Counted from the first letter of the stretch, positions 30,310 through 40,598 are shown. The stretch: DNA of 64,000 bases from Flavobacteriales bacterium UBA6770 (GCA_905181875.1 CAJIZH010000003.1:1098419-1162418), one strand, 5' to 3'. Program-made: numbers and translations. The notes: generated by a model not told the origin, from the sequence alone.

Positions 30310-31116
30310 ATGAAACAATTAGGATTTCTTTTTTTAATGCTTTTTAGCACGGTATTATTTTCATGTAAGACGACGCAAGAAATTAATAGAAAGCGCAGTA
30401 ACCTTTATAAGCTTACGCCTCAAGAGATATTAGTAAAGAACAGTACTAACCCAAAAATTAAGGGCCTTTTAGCTATAAAATCCAAAGTTTATTTTAAAAC
30501 ACCCAAGCTTTCTGATTCTTTCAAAATGCATATTCGAATGAAACGAGATAGTATTATTTGGATATCTGCTACGTATTATAAGGTTGAGGTTGCGCGCTTT
30601 GTTTTCACACAGGATAGCGTGAAAATGATAGACCGAAAAAATGAAAAATACTACCTAGGAGGCTATACATTTATTCAAAATTTATACAATGTGCCGTTCA
30701 ATTTTTCTTCGTTACAAGCAACAATTTTAGGAGAACCTTATGATCAAAGTAAATACAAGAAAGTACGCTCCTATACCTCAAAAGGGAATTATATAGTTGC
30801 AGGACTAAGCGAATTAGAGTTTAAAAAATCCAAAGGAGAAATAAAAACTCAACAGCAGATATACACTGAGTGGTACGCGGGTGAAGATTTCTTAATTGCT
30901 AAGAGTAAAATATCAGAATCAAAAACTAAGAAGAGTTTTACTTCTGAAATATTGGAGCGTAAAACTACCAATGGAATACCCATTCCTGTTAAGGCAAATT
31001 ATGTGATTATAGGAGCTAAGAGAATGTCATTTGAAGCAGAGAATTTGAAAATTACTCAACCAGAAACGCAATCCTATCCATTATCAATATCCTTGAAGTA
31101 TGAGTCACTTTTTTAG
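30310..31116 (+). CDS. DUF4292-like (LolB-fold-like) lipoprotein
   Basis: Lipobox VLFSCK, about 270 aa, conserved position between the TPR protein and the M23 peptidase in Bacteroidota. Confidence 0.55.
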   Translation: MKQLGFLFLMLFSTVLFSCKTTQEINRKRSNLYKLTPQEILVKNSTNPKIKGLLAIKSKVYFKTPKLSDSFKMHIRMKRDSIIWISATYYKVEVARFVFTQDSVKMIDRKNEKYYLGGYTFIQNLYNVPFNFSSLQATILGEPYDQSKYKKVRSYTSKGNYIVAGLSELEFKKSKGEIKTQQQIYTEWYAGEDFLIAKSKISESKTKKSFTSEILERKTTNGIPIPVKANYVIIGAKRMSFEAENLKITQPETQSYPLSISLKYESLF

Positions 31117-32314
31117 GCTTCTTATGTTTGGCTTGGTGCTTGTTTTTAGCACCTCAAGTACCTATGCTCAAAAATCTAGGACTGCGTTAGAAAAAGAAAA
31201 ATCGAAAATCCGTAAAGAGATCGATTATAAAAATGAGCTGCTTAAGGAAACCAAAAAAACAAAGAAAAAGAGTTTAAATCAATTGGTATTGGTTCGGATG
31301 AAAATCAAGAATCGCGAGAATTTGATTTCTACATTGAGATCTGAAATGCAGTTGATTGAAGGAGAGATCGATGCAACCAAAAACGAAATTTATAGAAAAG
31401 AAGATGAGTTAAAAGCACTTAAAGATGAGTACGCTAAAATGATTTATAACGCTTACAAAACGCGTAGTTCCTATGATAAAATTATGTTCGTTTTTGCAAG
31501 TGAAGATTTTAACCAAGCTTATAAACGACTGAAGTATTTACAGCAATACAGCCAGTTCAGGCAAGCTCAGGCCGAACAGATTACTTTGACTAAAACACAA
31601 TTGGACACACAGATTACTAGACTAGAAGAAAAGAAAGTAGAAAAGGAACTGTTGATTGTGAATACTAAGCAAGAACGGAATACGCTCTCTGAGGATATAG
31701 GAGAGAAACAAAAATTATTCAATGATTTAAACTCTAAAGAAAAAGAGCTTAAGGATGAGATAAAGAAAAATGAAAAAGAATCTCGAAAACTTCAAAAAGC
31801 AATTCAAAGAATAATCCAAATAGAAATAGAAAAAACCAACAAAGGGAGAAAAGGCAAAGGAAAATACGTACTTACGCCTGAAGCCAAAGCTTTGTCCAGC
31901 AATTTCGAGAACAATAAAGGCAAGCTACCTTGGCCAACTTCAAAAGGAGTGGTTACAGCTTACTATGGCGAACACTGGCATCCTGTTCTTAAAGGAATCA
32001 AAATTTATAATAATGGTGTGGATATAAGCACAAACGGTGACGGTAAAGCTAGAGCCGTTTTTGAAGGAGAAGTGTCAGGAGTTATTGTGCTCCCGGGCAG
32101 TGGAAAAGCGGTTATGGTAAGGCATGGTGCTTATATAAGTGTATACGCTAACTTGGTAGATGTTTTTGTGCAAAAAGGAGATAAGCTGACCACCAAACAA
32201 GAAATTGGTAAGGCTAAAACCAATCAACAAAAGGGTCAAACGCATGTTCATTTCGAGCTCTGGAAAGGCCAAACTACCATGAATCCTGCGCAATGGTTGT
32301 ATCAGTTTAAATAA
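31100..32314 (+). CDS. M23-family peptidase / murein hydrolase activator (EnvC-like coiled coil + LytM domain)
   Basis: Signal peptide, a long K/E-rich coiled coil, and a C-terminal LytM-like domain (GVDI...G.V......G..V...HG.Y.SVYANL...HVHFEL). Confidence 0.85.
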   Translation: MSHFFRLLMFGLVLVFSTSSTYAQKSRTALEKEKSKIRKEIDYKNELLKETKKTKKKSLNQLVLVRMKIKNRENLISTLRSEMQLIEGEIDATKNEIYRKEDELKALKDEYAKMIYNAYKTRSSYDKIMFVFASEDFNQAYKRLKYLQQYSQFRQAQAEQITLTKTQLDTQITRLEEKKVEKELLIVNTKQERNTLSEDIGEKQKLFNDLNSKEKELKDEIKKNEKESRKLQKAIQRIIQIEIEKTNKGRKGKGKYVLTPEAKALSSNFENNKGKLPWPTSKGVVTAYYGEHWHPVLKGIKIYNNGVDISTNGDGKARAVFEGEVSGVIVLPGSGKAVMVRHGAYISVYANLVDVFVQKGDKLTTKQEIGKAKTNQQKGQTHVHFELWKGQTTMNPAQWLYQFK

Positions 32315-32370
32315 GTCAATTTCAATACATTTTGACACGAGAATACACCAAGCTAACCTAGAATAAATCC

Positions 32371-32378
32371 TAAATTTG
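32371..32378 (+). promoter_or_regulatory. candidate -7 box (TAAATTTG) for purF
   Basis: Matches TAnnTTTG, 36 nt upstream of the ATG at 32415. Confidence 0.4.
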
Positions 32379-32414
32379 TAGAGCAAAGATTATAAACATT
32401 GCCACAATAAATTT

Positions 32415-34315
32415 ATGAGTGATTTCATCAAGCACGAATGCGGTATCGCCCTCATTCGATTACTCAAACCACTAGACTACTACCAGAAAAAATATGGAAC
32501 TGCTCACTACGGCCTAAACAAATTGTACTTGCTTATGGAAAAGCAGCACAATCGCGGTCAAGATGGAGTAGGAGTGGCAAACATTAAACTCGATGTCGCC
32601 CCAGGTAAACGATATATTTCGAGACAGCGGTCGATTTCTAACAAGCCAATTCAAGACGTTTTTGAACACATTTATAAGCGATTTGAAGAACGTATTGGAG
32701 AAAACCACGAGTTAGGAAAAGATCCTTATTGGTTAAAAGAAAATGCACCTTTCAGTGGTGAGCTGTTCTTAGGACATTTACGTTATGGAACGTATGGTAA
32801 TAACGCTATAGAAGCTTGCCATCCGTTTTTAAGACAAAACAATTGGAAAACTAGAAACTTAGTGGTTGCTGGAAACTTCAATATGACTAATGTTGATGAG
32901 CAATTTGATCTTTTGGTGAAGCTTGGACAGCATCCAAAAGAGAAAGCAGATACGGTAACAGTTTTGGAAAAAATCGGGCACTTTTTAGATGTCGAAAATG
33001 AAGAATTATTCGACAAGTACAAGGCATTAGGTTACTCCAACCAAGAGATAACAGAGAAGATTTCAGAGAATTTGGATGTGGTCCAAATCCTGAAAAATTC
33101 TGCAGAAGATTTTGATGGTGGTTATGTAATGTCTGGAATGATTGGTCATGGAGATGCTTTGTGTTTAGAGATCCTAACGGAATTCGCCCAGCTTTTTATT
33201 ACCAAGATGACGAAATTGCTGTAGTTGCTTCTGAGCGACCAGCTATTCAAACTGCATTAAATATTAAGGCAGAAGATGTTCAAGAATTGGGTCCTGGAAA
33301 TGCTTTAATTCTTAAGAAAAATGGAACCATTACTGAGGAGAATATCATAGAAAGCACTTCGAAAACGGCATGTACTTTCGAACGCATTTATTTTTCTCGT
33401 GGAAGTGATTTAGACATTTACAAAGAGCGTAAAAACTTAGGCCGATCATTAGTTCCTCAGGTAATGAAGGCTATTGAAAGCGACCATAAAAACGCTGTTT
33501 TTTCGTTTATTCCAAATACTGCTGAGACCTCATTTTTAGGTTTGGTAGAAGGGATGAATACCTTGCTGAATAGGCAAAAATCTAAGAAATTGGTGCAGTT
33601 GGGTACCGGTATTACTCAAAAGCAAATAGAAGAAATTCTTGACCAGCAGATTCGAGTTGAAAAGGTTGCCATTAAAGATGCTAAGCTTAGAACCTTCATT
33701 ACTCAAGATGACGGCCGAGATGATTTAGTAGCGCACGTTTATGACATTACATACGGATCTATTGTGCCAAAGAAAGATGCTTTGGTAATGATTGATGATT
33801 CCATTGTTCGTGGTACTACACTTGAGAAAAGCATCATTCGAATGTTAGACCGTTTGGAGCCAAGAAAGATTGTTATTGTGTCTTCTGCTCCTCAAATTCG
33901 ATATCCAGATTGTTATGGAATAGACATGGCTCGAATGGGTGATTTTATTGCTTTTAGAGCTGCTGTTGAGCTGCATAAAGAACGTGGCAATGAAAAGATA
34001 ATGAAGCAGGTTTATATAAAAGCAAAAGAACAGTTGGCTTTGCCAATGGATCAGCAAATCAATGTAGTGAAAGAGATTTATTCAGCTTTCAAAATGGAAG
34101 AAATTTCAACTAAAGTTGCTGAATTAGTTACACCACCCGATTGTAAAACTGCTGTGGAGGTTATTTTCCAATCTATTGAAGGATTGCATGTTGCATGTCC
34201 AAATCATTCGGGAGACTGGTATTTTTCAGGTAATTATCCTACTCCAGGCGGCAACCGAGTAGTGAATAAATCTTACCAATATTATTACGAAGGAAATAAC
34301 GATAGGGCTTATTAG
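32415..34315 (+). pseudogene. purF: long-form (~630 aa) amidophosphoribosyltransferase, interrupted by a single-base frameshift near 33158-33161
   Basis: ORFs 32415..33224 and 33161..34315 are the two halves. The first has the N-terminal Ntn-Cys context HECGIALIRL and NRGQDGVG. After the shift the sequence reads FRDPNGIRPAFYY, and a PRTase motif VMIDDSIVRGTT follows. Confidence 0.85.
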
Positions 34316-34521
34316 GTATTACTCTCATGCGTCATTTTGGAACTGATAATGAACTAAAATTTCATTTGGCGTTTTGTGTGAATTAGCTATTCAGAAGTGC
34401 TATTATTTAAAGAGGGTTGAGGAAGAGTATTTCTATCATACATCGGCTTGATAACTTCTCCATTGGGAAGGATTAGATTTCTGATATTTGGAGAGTATAG
34501 GAGTAATTAATGGCAAGGGTC

Positions 34522-35460
34522 CTAAAAAGGCAAATGCGCTAAATCTACATTTCCTCCGCTAAGAATTAAGGCGATTTTTTTTCCTTTAAAAAATTCTTTG
34601 TGCTTAAGAACTAATGCAAATACCGTTGCCGAACTTGGTTCTATTACAATTTTCAGATGCAGAAAGATGAGCTTCATTGCTACAATGATTTCATCATCAG
34701 TCACTAGTTTAATTTCTGAAACATGTTTTTTTATTAGCTCAAAATTGATTGGCCCTAAAGAGGTAAGCAATCCATCTGCTATAGTTTGTGGATTTTCGGA
34801 AGGAACTAAAACACCAGATAGAAAAGACCGATAGGCATCGTCAGCACCTTCGGGTTCAGCAGCAACTAAAGTTGTTTTCGGCGAAAAGTAATTAGCAGCT
34901 AAGGCACTGCCCGCGAGCAATCCGCCGCCGCCAACAGGCGTTAGTAAATAATCAAGATAATTTATTTCTTCAAAAATCTCTTTAGCACAAGTTGCCTGGC
35001 CTTCAATTATCCATTCGTGGTTGTAAGGCGGTATAAAAATAGCATTAGTTTTTTGTTGAACCTCCGCTAAGGTCTCTTCTCTTGCTTGAAGATTTGGTGC
35101 GCAAAACGTAACGGTTGCACCATAGCCTTTAGTTGCTAATACCTTCACTTCTGGAGCCGTTTCTGGCATTACGATATGGGCACTTATATTTAGTAATTGA
35201 GCTGCCAACGCTACTGCCTGAGCATGATTTCCGCTTGAATGTGTGCAGAGGCCATTCTTCAGTTCTTCTTGGGTTAATTGCAAGGCAAAGTTTATTGCAC
35301 CTCGTGGCTTGAAAGCTCCAACTTTCTGGAAGTTTTCACATTTAAAAAAAAGCTCGGCACCAGCCAAAGCATTGAGTTTAGAGCTCGTTAGAATCGGAGT
35401 ATTGTGAATGTGTGGCTGAATGCGTAGATGCGCATTTTCAATATGCTTCTTAGAAATCAT
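34522..35460 (-). CDS. PLP-dependent serine/threonine dehydratase-family enzyme (serine racemase / hydroxyaspartate ammonia-lyase-like)
   Basis: PLP-lysine motif FKCENFQKVGAFKPRGA, SSGNHAQA and a GGGGL glycine loop. Confidence 0.8.
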   Translation of the reverse strand: MISKKHIENAHLRIQPHIHNTPILTSSKLNALAGAELFFKCENFQKVGAFKPRGAINFALQLTQEELKNGLCTHSSGNHAQAVALAAQLLNISAHIVMPETAPEVKVLATKGYGATVTFCAPNLQAREETLAEVQQKTNAIFIPPYNHEWIIEGQATCAKEIFEEINYLDYLLTPVGGGGLLAGSALAANYFSPKTTLVAAEPEGADDAYRSFLSGVLVPSENPQTIADGLLTSLGPINFELIKKHVSEIKLVTDDEIIVAMKLIFLHLKIVIEPSSATVFALVLKHKEFFKGKKIALILSGGNVDLAHLPF

Positions 35461-35468
35461 GAGAGCAT

Positions 35469-36002
35469 TTATTTTGATCCTGCAAATGTTAGGCTTATTG
35501 GAAACTGTGGAGTATCTTCTAATCGAATGTTGATAGTAGAATTTAAAGCATCTCTGCTAAAATTTCCATTACTAGTTGAGAGAATAGTGATATCACCAAA
35601 AACATCCCCAGACATTTTTTTAGCATTAAAAGTAAATGTATCTTCTGCTGTCAGGTCACCTGTCAATTCATAATTAGTGCCCCAGAAAACAAAGTTAACA
35701 CCTAGTCCTTCAGCATCACTTCCTTGAATAAACACGTTTACAGACATGTCGGTTTGTTCAGTATTAAAAGGGTTCGAAGGGGTAGGGTTTGGAAAAGAAA
35801 TTATTCCTTCATAAATCCCAACGTAATTTGTCCGAATTTCTTCTTCACACAATTCACCAGAAAACAAATAATTGCAATTGCAAATACCTTCTCGCTTTTC
35901 GCAAGTAGCGTCGTTTTTACAATCTAATTTTTTGCATTTATTACAAGCACTCGAAAGCACTATAATCAACGCGATAATTCCTAGATTAAATAGTCTTTTC
36001 AT
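35469..36002 (-). CDS. lipoprotein with an N-terminal EGF-like six-cysteine module, function unknown
   Basis: Start moved to the ATG at 36002 (MKRLFNLGIIALIIVLSSAC), because the longer ORF overlaps dut. Cys pattern is C-x4-C-x5-C-x7-C-x-C-x8-C (CKKLDCKNDATCEKREGICNCNYLFSGELC). Confidence 0.55.
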   Translation of the reverse strand: MKRLFNLGIIALIIVLSSACNKCKKLDCKNDATCEKREGICNCNYLFSGELCEEEIRTNYVGIYEGIISFPNPTPSNPFNTEQTDMSVNVFIQGSDAEGLGVNFVFWGTNYELTGDLTAEDTFTFNAKKMSGDVFGDITILSTSNGNFSRDALNSTINIRLEDTPQFPISLTFAGSK

Positions 36003-36006
36003 GTTT

Positions 36007-36441
36007 TTATTTTTTTCCAGTATGACCAAATCCGCCGGCTCCTCTATCGGTATCAGAAAGAACTTCAACAGCTGTCCATTCAACAGTTTCATGTTTTGCA
36101 ACAACTAGCTGAGCGATGCGCTCGCCATCTTCAACAATAAAATCTTGATTAGAACAGTTGCATAAAATTACACCAATATCTCCACGATAATCCGCGTCTA
36201 TAGTTCCTGGAGAGTTTAAAACGGTGATGCCATGCTTGGCCGCTAACCCACTTCTTGGGCGAACTTGTGCCTCAAACCCAGGCTCTAAAGCAATGTGCAA
36301 CCCTGTTGGAATAATCGTCCTTTCCAAAGGTTTTAAGGTTATTGGTTCATCAATATTTGCCCTTAAATCTAACCCCGCAGATTGACTAGTAGCATATTCT
36401 GGAAGGGCATGTTTGCTCTTATTTATAACCTCAAGATTCAT
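36007..36441 (-). CDS. dut: dUTP diphosphatase
   Basis: Motifs [22 protein letters not shown] and [10 protein letters not shown]. Confidence 0.95.
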   Translation of the reverse strand: MNLEVINKSKHALPEYATSQSAGLDLRANIDEPITLKPLERTIIPTGLHIALEPGFEAQVRPRSGLAAKHGITVLNSPGTIDADYRGDIGVILCNCSNQDFIVEDGERIAQLVVAKHETVEWTAVEVLSDTDRGAGGFGHTGKK

Positions 36442-37927
36442 TTGTAATTGTTGTTTTAGTCATTTTTACTTCGGACCAATACACCATTCCCACAAAAAGC
36501 AGAATAGCGACCGTAGCAATTAAATATTCAAATCCGTATTCGTTTTGCAGCCAAGTTCCTCCAAAAAACAGGATTAAAGCCGTACCAAGATAGCTTCCAA
36601 TTTTTGTCAAATTATATGGAACTGGAAAATGTTTTTGGCCCAGGAAATAAGAGCTAATCACCATTAGCGCATAAACGACTAAAGTTGTCCAAGCCGATCC
36701 CATATAGCCCATTGTTGGAATCAAAAGAAGGTTTAAGCCAATGGTAATAACTGCTCCGCCAATTGCTATGTATGCACCATACTTTGTTTTATCGGTCATT
36801 TTATACCAAATAGACTGATTAAAGTAAATACCTAAACAAATGTTCGCCAATAAAAGAATCGGAACCACCTTTAACCCTTCCCAATAATCGGTATTAGGAA
36901 TAAAGTATTTTATTATGTCTAGGTAAAGCGTGACTCCCAAAAATATTAGGCCACAGACTGCTACGAAATAGTTCATCACATTTGCATAGACCTCAGGAGC
37001 GTTTTTGTTTTTTGCTTGAGCAAAGAAAAACGGCTCGGCGGCATACCTGAATGCTTGGATAAAAAGGGTGATGATTATCGATAATTTGTAACAAGCTCCG
37101 TAAATCCCGAGCTGACTCATAGCTTGTAACTCTCCTATGGAATCATAAAGAATGCGCTTAAGAAGAATACGGTCTAATGTTTCATTTGCTATACCAGCAA
37201 GACCCGCAATTAATAAAGGAGACCCGTAGATTAATAGCTTTTTTAGAAGCGAAAGATTGAAGGTTAATTTAACACCGTAAAAAGTTGGTATGCTCATTAA
37301 AATCCTAAAAATACTTGCAGCCAGATTAGATATAAAAACATAACCTACGCCAATTTCAGGATTGTATAAAGTGTCAATTAGAATGTTGGTATTTCCTGCT
37401 TTATAATTAGCCATGCAGTAGCCTAAGAAAAAGAAGTTTAATCCTACGTTTACAAAAACTGAACTTATATTAATGGTGGCAAATTTTAACGGTTTATTCT
37501 GGTGTCTTAAGCGCGCTAATGGAATAGCAGAAATAGCATCGAACCCTATAATAACTGCAAACCAAGCTACATATTCAGAATGATTCGGGTACCTGAGCCA
37601 TTCGGCAATCCCTTGTTGAAAGAAGATAGCCGAGGCAATGAAAATAAAACTTGTAGTTGTAATCGATCGAAGAATAGTCCCAAAAACAACCAACTCTTCG
37701 TTACCTTCTTTGTTGGTAAACCTGAAGTAAGCAGTTTCCATTCCATAGGTCAATAAAACGACTAGAAAGGCTACGTATGCATACATTTCTGTAATGATAC
37801 CGTACTGGTAAGGGATAAACATTTTAGTATGTAGCGGTACTAAACCATAGTTAAGAAACCGCGGCAAAATGCTGCTCAATCCATACAATGCTGTTTGTCC
37901 AGCTAATTTTTTAATGATTCCCGTCAA
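36431..37927 (-). CDS. MOP-superfamily polysaccharide/oligosaccharide flippase (Wzx-like)
   Basis: About 500 aa with roughly 12-14 TM helices. Conserved neighbour of dut in Bacteroidota. Confidence 0.7.
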   Translation of the reverse strand: MTGIIKKLAGQTALYGLSSILPRFLNYGLVPLHTKMFIPYQYGIITEMYAYVAFLVVLLTYGMETAYFRFTNKEGNEELVVFGTILRSITTTSFIFIASAIFFQQGIAEWLRYPNHSEYVAWFAVIIGFDAISAIPLARLRHQNKPLKFATINISSVFVNVGLNFFFLGYCMANYKAGNTNILIDTLYNPEIGVGYVFISNLAASIFRILMSIPTFYGVKLTFNLSLLKKLLIYGSPLLIAGLAGIANETLDRILLKRILYDSIGELQAMSQLGIYGACYKLSIIITLFIQAFRYAAEPFFFAQAKNKNAPEVYANVMNYFVAVCGLIFLGVTLYLDIIKYFIPNTDYWEGLKVVPILLLANICLGIYFNQSIWYKMTDKTKYGAYIAIGGAVITIGLNLLLIPTMGYMGSAWTTLVVYALMVISSYFLGQKHFPVPYNLTKIGSYLGTALILFFGGTWLQNEYGFEYLIATVAILLFVGMVYWSEVKMTKTTITNES

Positions 37928-38058
37928 TCTAAATTTTTATTTTGGAGTCGATTATCAACTAACCGCATACCAACATCATCACTATTTCAAAGGTGTAAAA
38001 GTAGAAGCGCGAAATTTGTTGCTCCTCTAGGTTTTTTTAACATCCAAAATTGGGTGAC

Positions 38059-39249
38059 TTAGAAAGGGAAAACCGAGACGTGTTCTCCAGCTTTATAAAG
38101 TTTTTTGTCGGCTGAAATTTGGGTAATTGAATTAGCCAAAGCAAAAGTGTGCATCATGTTGCTGCTTTGTCCGTCTAGAATTTCAATCTTACTATCTTCA
38201 ATCCTTGATTTTAGCAACAAATCTCTAGTTCCTTTAACTTGATAATCCTTATTCAAAGGGAGTTGCAGCGATTTTGATTTTGGACCTTTGTCTCCCATAA
38301 ACGCTCGAATTGCTGGTCTTACGTAATAATAGAAACAGGTCATTGCTGCTGCAGGATTCCCTGGCAAAGCAAAGATGCTGCAACTTCCTTTTTTTCCAAA
38401 AAAGAAAGGTTTTCCAGGCTTTTGGTTCACTTTGTAAAAATGAGTTTCAACTCCAAGTTCTTTAAGCGCCTTGCCTACAAAATCATAATCTCCAACTGAA
38501 ATTCCGCCAGTAAGAATAATGAAATTGTTTTTTTCTATTTGCTCTTTAATACAAGCTAATGTTTCCGAATAATTATCAGGAATCCCACTAATTATTGCAG
38601 GATTAATTCCTTCATTTTTAAAGGCTGAGGCTAATGCATAAGAGTTTGATTCGTAGATTTTACCTGATTCAAGCGGCTTTCCTGGTTTAATTAATTCATC
38701 ACCAGTAGTCAGAATTGAAGTCCTTGGATGCGCGAAAGTTTTAATTTTGGAAAACCCTAAAGATGCTAAATAACCAATGGCTGCTGGGAAGAGTTTAGCA
38801 CCTTTTTTGAGGGCTATTTCTCCCTTTTTTATTTGTTCGCCTTGACTTCTTATATTCTGAAAGTAGTTGGAGTCTTCTTCTTCGATGGTAACTTGATTGC
38901 CATTTGCAGATATATGTTCCTGCATGATAACTAATGTTCCATTTTTAGGAACAGGGGCACCAGTGAAAATTCTAAAACAGTTATTTGCAGAAAGATTTTT
39001 TGGGATTTGATCTCCAGCTTTTACTTCAAATGTTTTGTTAAATGTTCGAATACCTTTTTGGTAATCTTCTATTCTAAAAACGTAGCCATCCATCGCTGAA
39101 TTATTGAAGCCCGGCAAATCGATGGAGGAAATAACGTCCTCAGCCAAATAATGATTGACCGAATTTAAAAGATCATTTGAAGATACATTTCCTGATCCAA
39201 CATGTTTAATTACCTTTTCTAGAGCGTCTTTTATTGAAATTAAATTCAT
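38059..39249 (-). CDS. moeA: molybdopterin molybdenumtransferase MoeA
   Basis: MoeA N-terminal pattern (SAMDGY), central MoCF_biosynth domain (ILTTGDEL...TGGISVGDYD) and a C-terminal MoeA_C beta-barrel. Confidence 0.85.
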   Translation of the reverse strand: MNLISIKDALEKVIKHVGSGNVSSNDLLNSVNHYLAEDVISSIDLPGFNNSAMDGYVFRIEDYQKGIRTFNKTFEVKAGDQIPKNLSANNCFRIFTGAPVPKNGTLVIMQEHISANGNQVTIEEEDSNYFQNIRSQGEQIKKGEIALKKGAKLFPAAIGYLASLGFSKIKTFAHPRTSILTTGDELIKPGKPLESGKIYESNSYALASAFKNEGINPAIISGIPDNYSETLACIKEQIEKNNFIILTGGISVGDYDFVGKALKELGVETHFYKVNQKPGKPFFFGKKGSCSIFALPGNPAAAMTCFYYYVRPAIRAFMGDKGPKSKSLQLPLNKDYQVKGTRDLLLKSRIEDSKIEILDGQSSNMMHTFALANSITQISADKKLYKAGEHVSVFPF

Positions 39250-39653
39250 TCTAATTTAAATTTAATTATTCTGTTTTTAGAAACATCAACAAGAGTTTCT
39301 GAGAAGCTTGGTTTACTGAAGGTGCCACGAGCATTGTTCGAAAAACCATAAGCTTCGGTTGGAGCTCCAAAAAAATTCAAATCGAGTTTTTCATTTGCAT
39401 TGACATCATGGTAAGCTGAAAACCCGTATTTACCTGCGGCCAATTCTATCGTTTTCTCGGCTGCTTTGTTGTGAATTGGGAGCACTAATTTAGAAACATC
39501 TTTTCCGCCTTCCTCCTGTATTAATAACAATACAGAACCATTGCTAGTTTCTAGGTGTTCAAACTTGAGAGTTACATCAATAACATCTTGACTTTTAGCT
39601 GTTTGCCCAACTAATAGAAAAAGTAAAAAAATGTATGTGCAAATAGGTTGCAT
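39246..39653 (-). CDS. DUF2141-like secreted protein
   Basis: Signal peptide plus AYHDVNANEKLDLNFFGAPTEAYGFSNN, which matches my memory of the DUF2141 signature. Its stop overlaps the moeA ATG (ATGA). Confidence 0.6.
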   Translation of the reverse strand: MQPICTYIFLLFLLVGQTAKSQDVIDVTLKFEHLETSNGSVLLLIQEEGGKDVSKLVLPIHNKAAEKTIELAAGKYGFSAYHDVNANEKLDLNFFGAPTEAYGFSNNARGTFSKPSFSETLVDVSKNRIIKFKLE

Positions 39654-39752
39654 GTTACTTTTAAAATATCATGTCAAATGTGCTTGTAAAAATTCAGGAA
39701 AACAAGTATTACTAAATTACTTAGGACAGTTTAACTCAGGGCTTAACTATCT

Positions 39753-39760
39753 TATTTTTG
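39753..39760 (+). promoter_or_regulatory. candidate -7 box (TATTTTTG) for the 39781 lipoprotein gene
   Basis: Matches TAnnTTTG, 20 nt upstream of the ATG at 39781. Confidence 0.4.
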
Positions 39761-39780
39761 TATTTCAAAAAAACACAAAT

Positions 39781-40437
39781 ATGAAATTTAATAAAGGAAT
39801 TTTATTCGTTTCAGCACTTGCGCTAACAGCTTGTGGTTCTGAAGGTGGAAAAGAAGAAACGAAAACAGAAAAGAAGGAAGTTAAGTTAGCCGAACAGGCT
39901 TGTAACTATTCATACAATGCTGATGGAGTTACTGCATCATGGACAGCGTTTAAATTTACAGAGAAAGCAGGTGTTGGCGGGAAATTTGACTCGGTAATCG
40001 TTACCACAATGGGCTCAGTTGATTCTCCGGAAAAGATGTTAGGTGGACTAACATTCAACATACCAATTAGTTCGACAAACACTAATAACTCTGATAGAGA
40101 CATGAAAATTGTTGAGTCGTTTTTTGGTACTCTGATCAATACAGAAATGATTTCTGGAAGTATAATGAGTATGAAAGGAAACAGTGAAGAAGGAACTGCT
40201 ATGGTAAGTCTTTCTATGAATGATTCAACATTTCAACAGGAAGTTAGTTATAAAATTGAAGGAGCTCAGGTAAGTTTAATGGGAACAATCGATGTTGGAA
40301 ATTGGGATGGAAACGCGGCAATTGCGGCTTTAAATAAAGTGTGTGATGACCTGCATAAAGGCGAGGATGGCATTTCCAAACTGTGGCCTACTGTTGATAT
40401 CTCTATAGTAGCTTTATTAAACAGTGACTGCAACTAG
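39781..40437 (+). CDS. lipoprotein, possibly YceI-like
   Basis: Start moved to the ATG at 39781 (MKFNKGILFVSALALTACGS lipobox). The segment WTAFKFTEKAGVGGKFD is reminiscent of YceI-like domains, but this assignment is weak. Confidence 0.45.
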   Translation: MKFNKGILFVSALALTACGSEGGKEETKTEKKEVKLAEQACNYSYNADGVTASWTAFKFTEKAGVGGKFDSVIVTTMGSVDSPEKMLGGLTFNIPISSTNTNNSDRDMKIVESFFGTLINTEMISGSIMSMKGNSEEGTAMVSLSMNDSTFQQEVSYKIEGAQVSLMGTIDVGNWDGNAAIAALNKVCDDLHKGEDGISKLWPTVDISIVALLNSDCN

Positions 40438-40541
40438 TTGATTTTTAGATTTTTAAATTGATTTTTTGCGCTCAAAATATGTCAAAACAAATAGGTGGAT
40501 TTTATACTGAATAAAGTTTTGTTTTGAAAGAAAATAAATTC

Positions 40542-40549
40542 TAAATTTG
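40542..40549 (+). promoter_or_regulatory. candidate -7 box (TAAATTTG) upstream of rplM
   Basis: Matches TAnnTTTG, 49 nt upstream of the rplM ATG, and abuts the hairpin at 40550. Confidence 0.35.
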
Positions 40550-40581
40550 CACCCCCGTTTTTGGGGGTGTATTTATTTATT
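40550..40581 (+). terminator. GC-rich hairpin plus U-rich tail (terminator of the upstream gene or attenuator in the rplM leader)
   Basis: 7-bp stem CACCCCC/GGGGGTG, loop GTTTTT, followed by TATTTATTTATT. Confidence 0.5.
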
Positions 40582-40598
40582 GATTACGCTTAAACTGA

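Noticed and set aside
32075-32386. 103-aa minus-strand ORF at the end of the M23 peptidase gene
   Set aside because: It is antisense to the conserved LytM domain and has no signals.
35469-36104. Long N-terminal extensions of several track ORFs (35469..36104, 39631..40437, 53915..54826, 54912..55397, 61166..62092, 7207..9216, 41553..42395)
   Set aside because: Each extension overlaps a neighbouring gene or a promoter-like box, and a downstream start gives a canonical N-terminus (signal peptide, lipobox or conserved family start). The starts were trimmed in the feature list.
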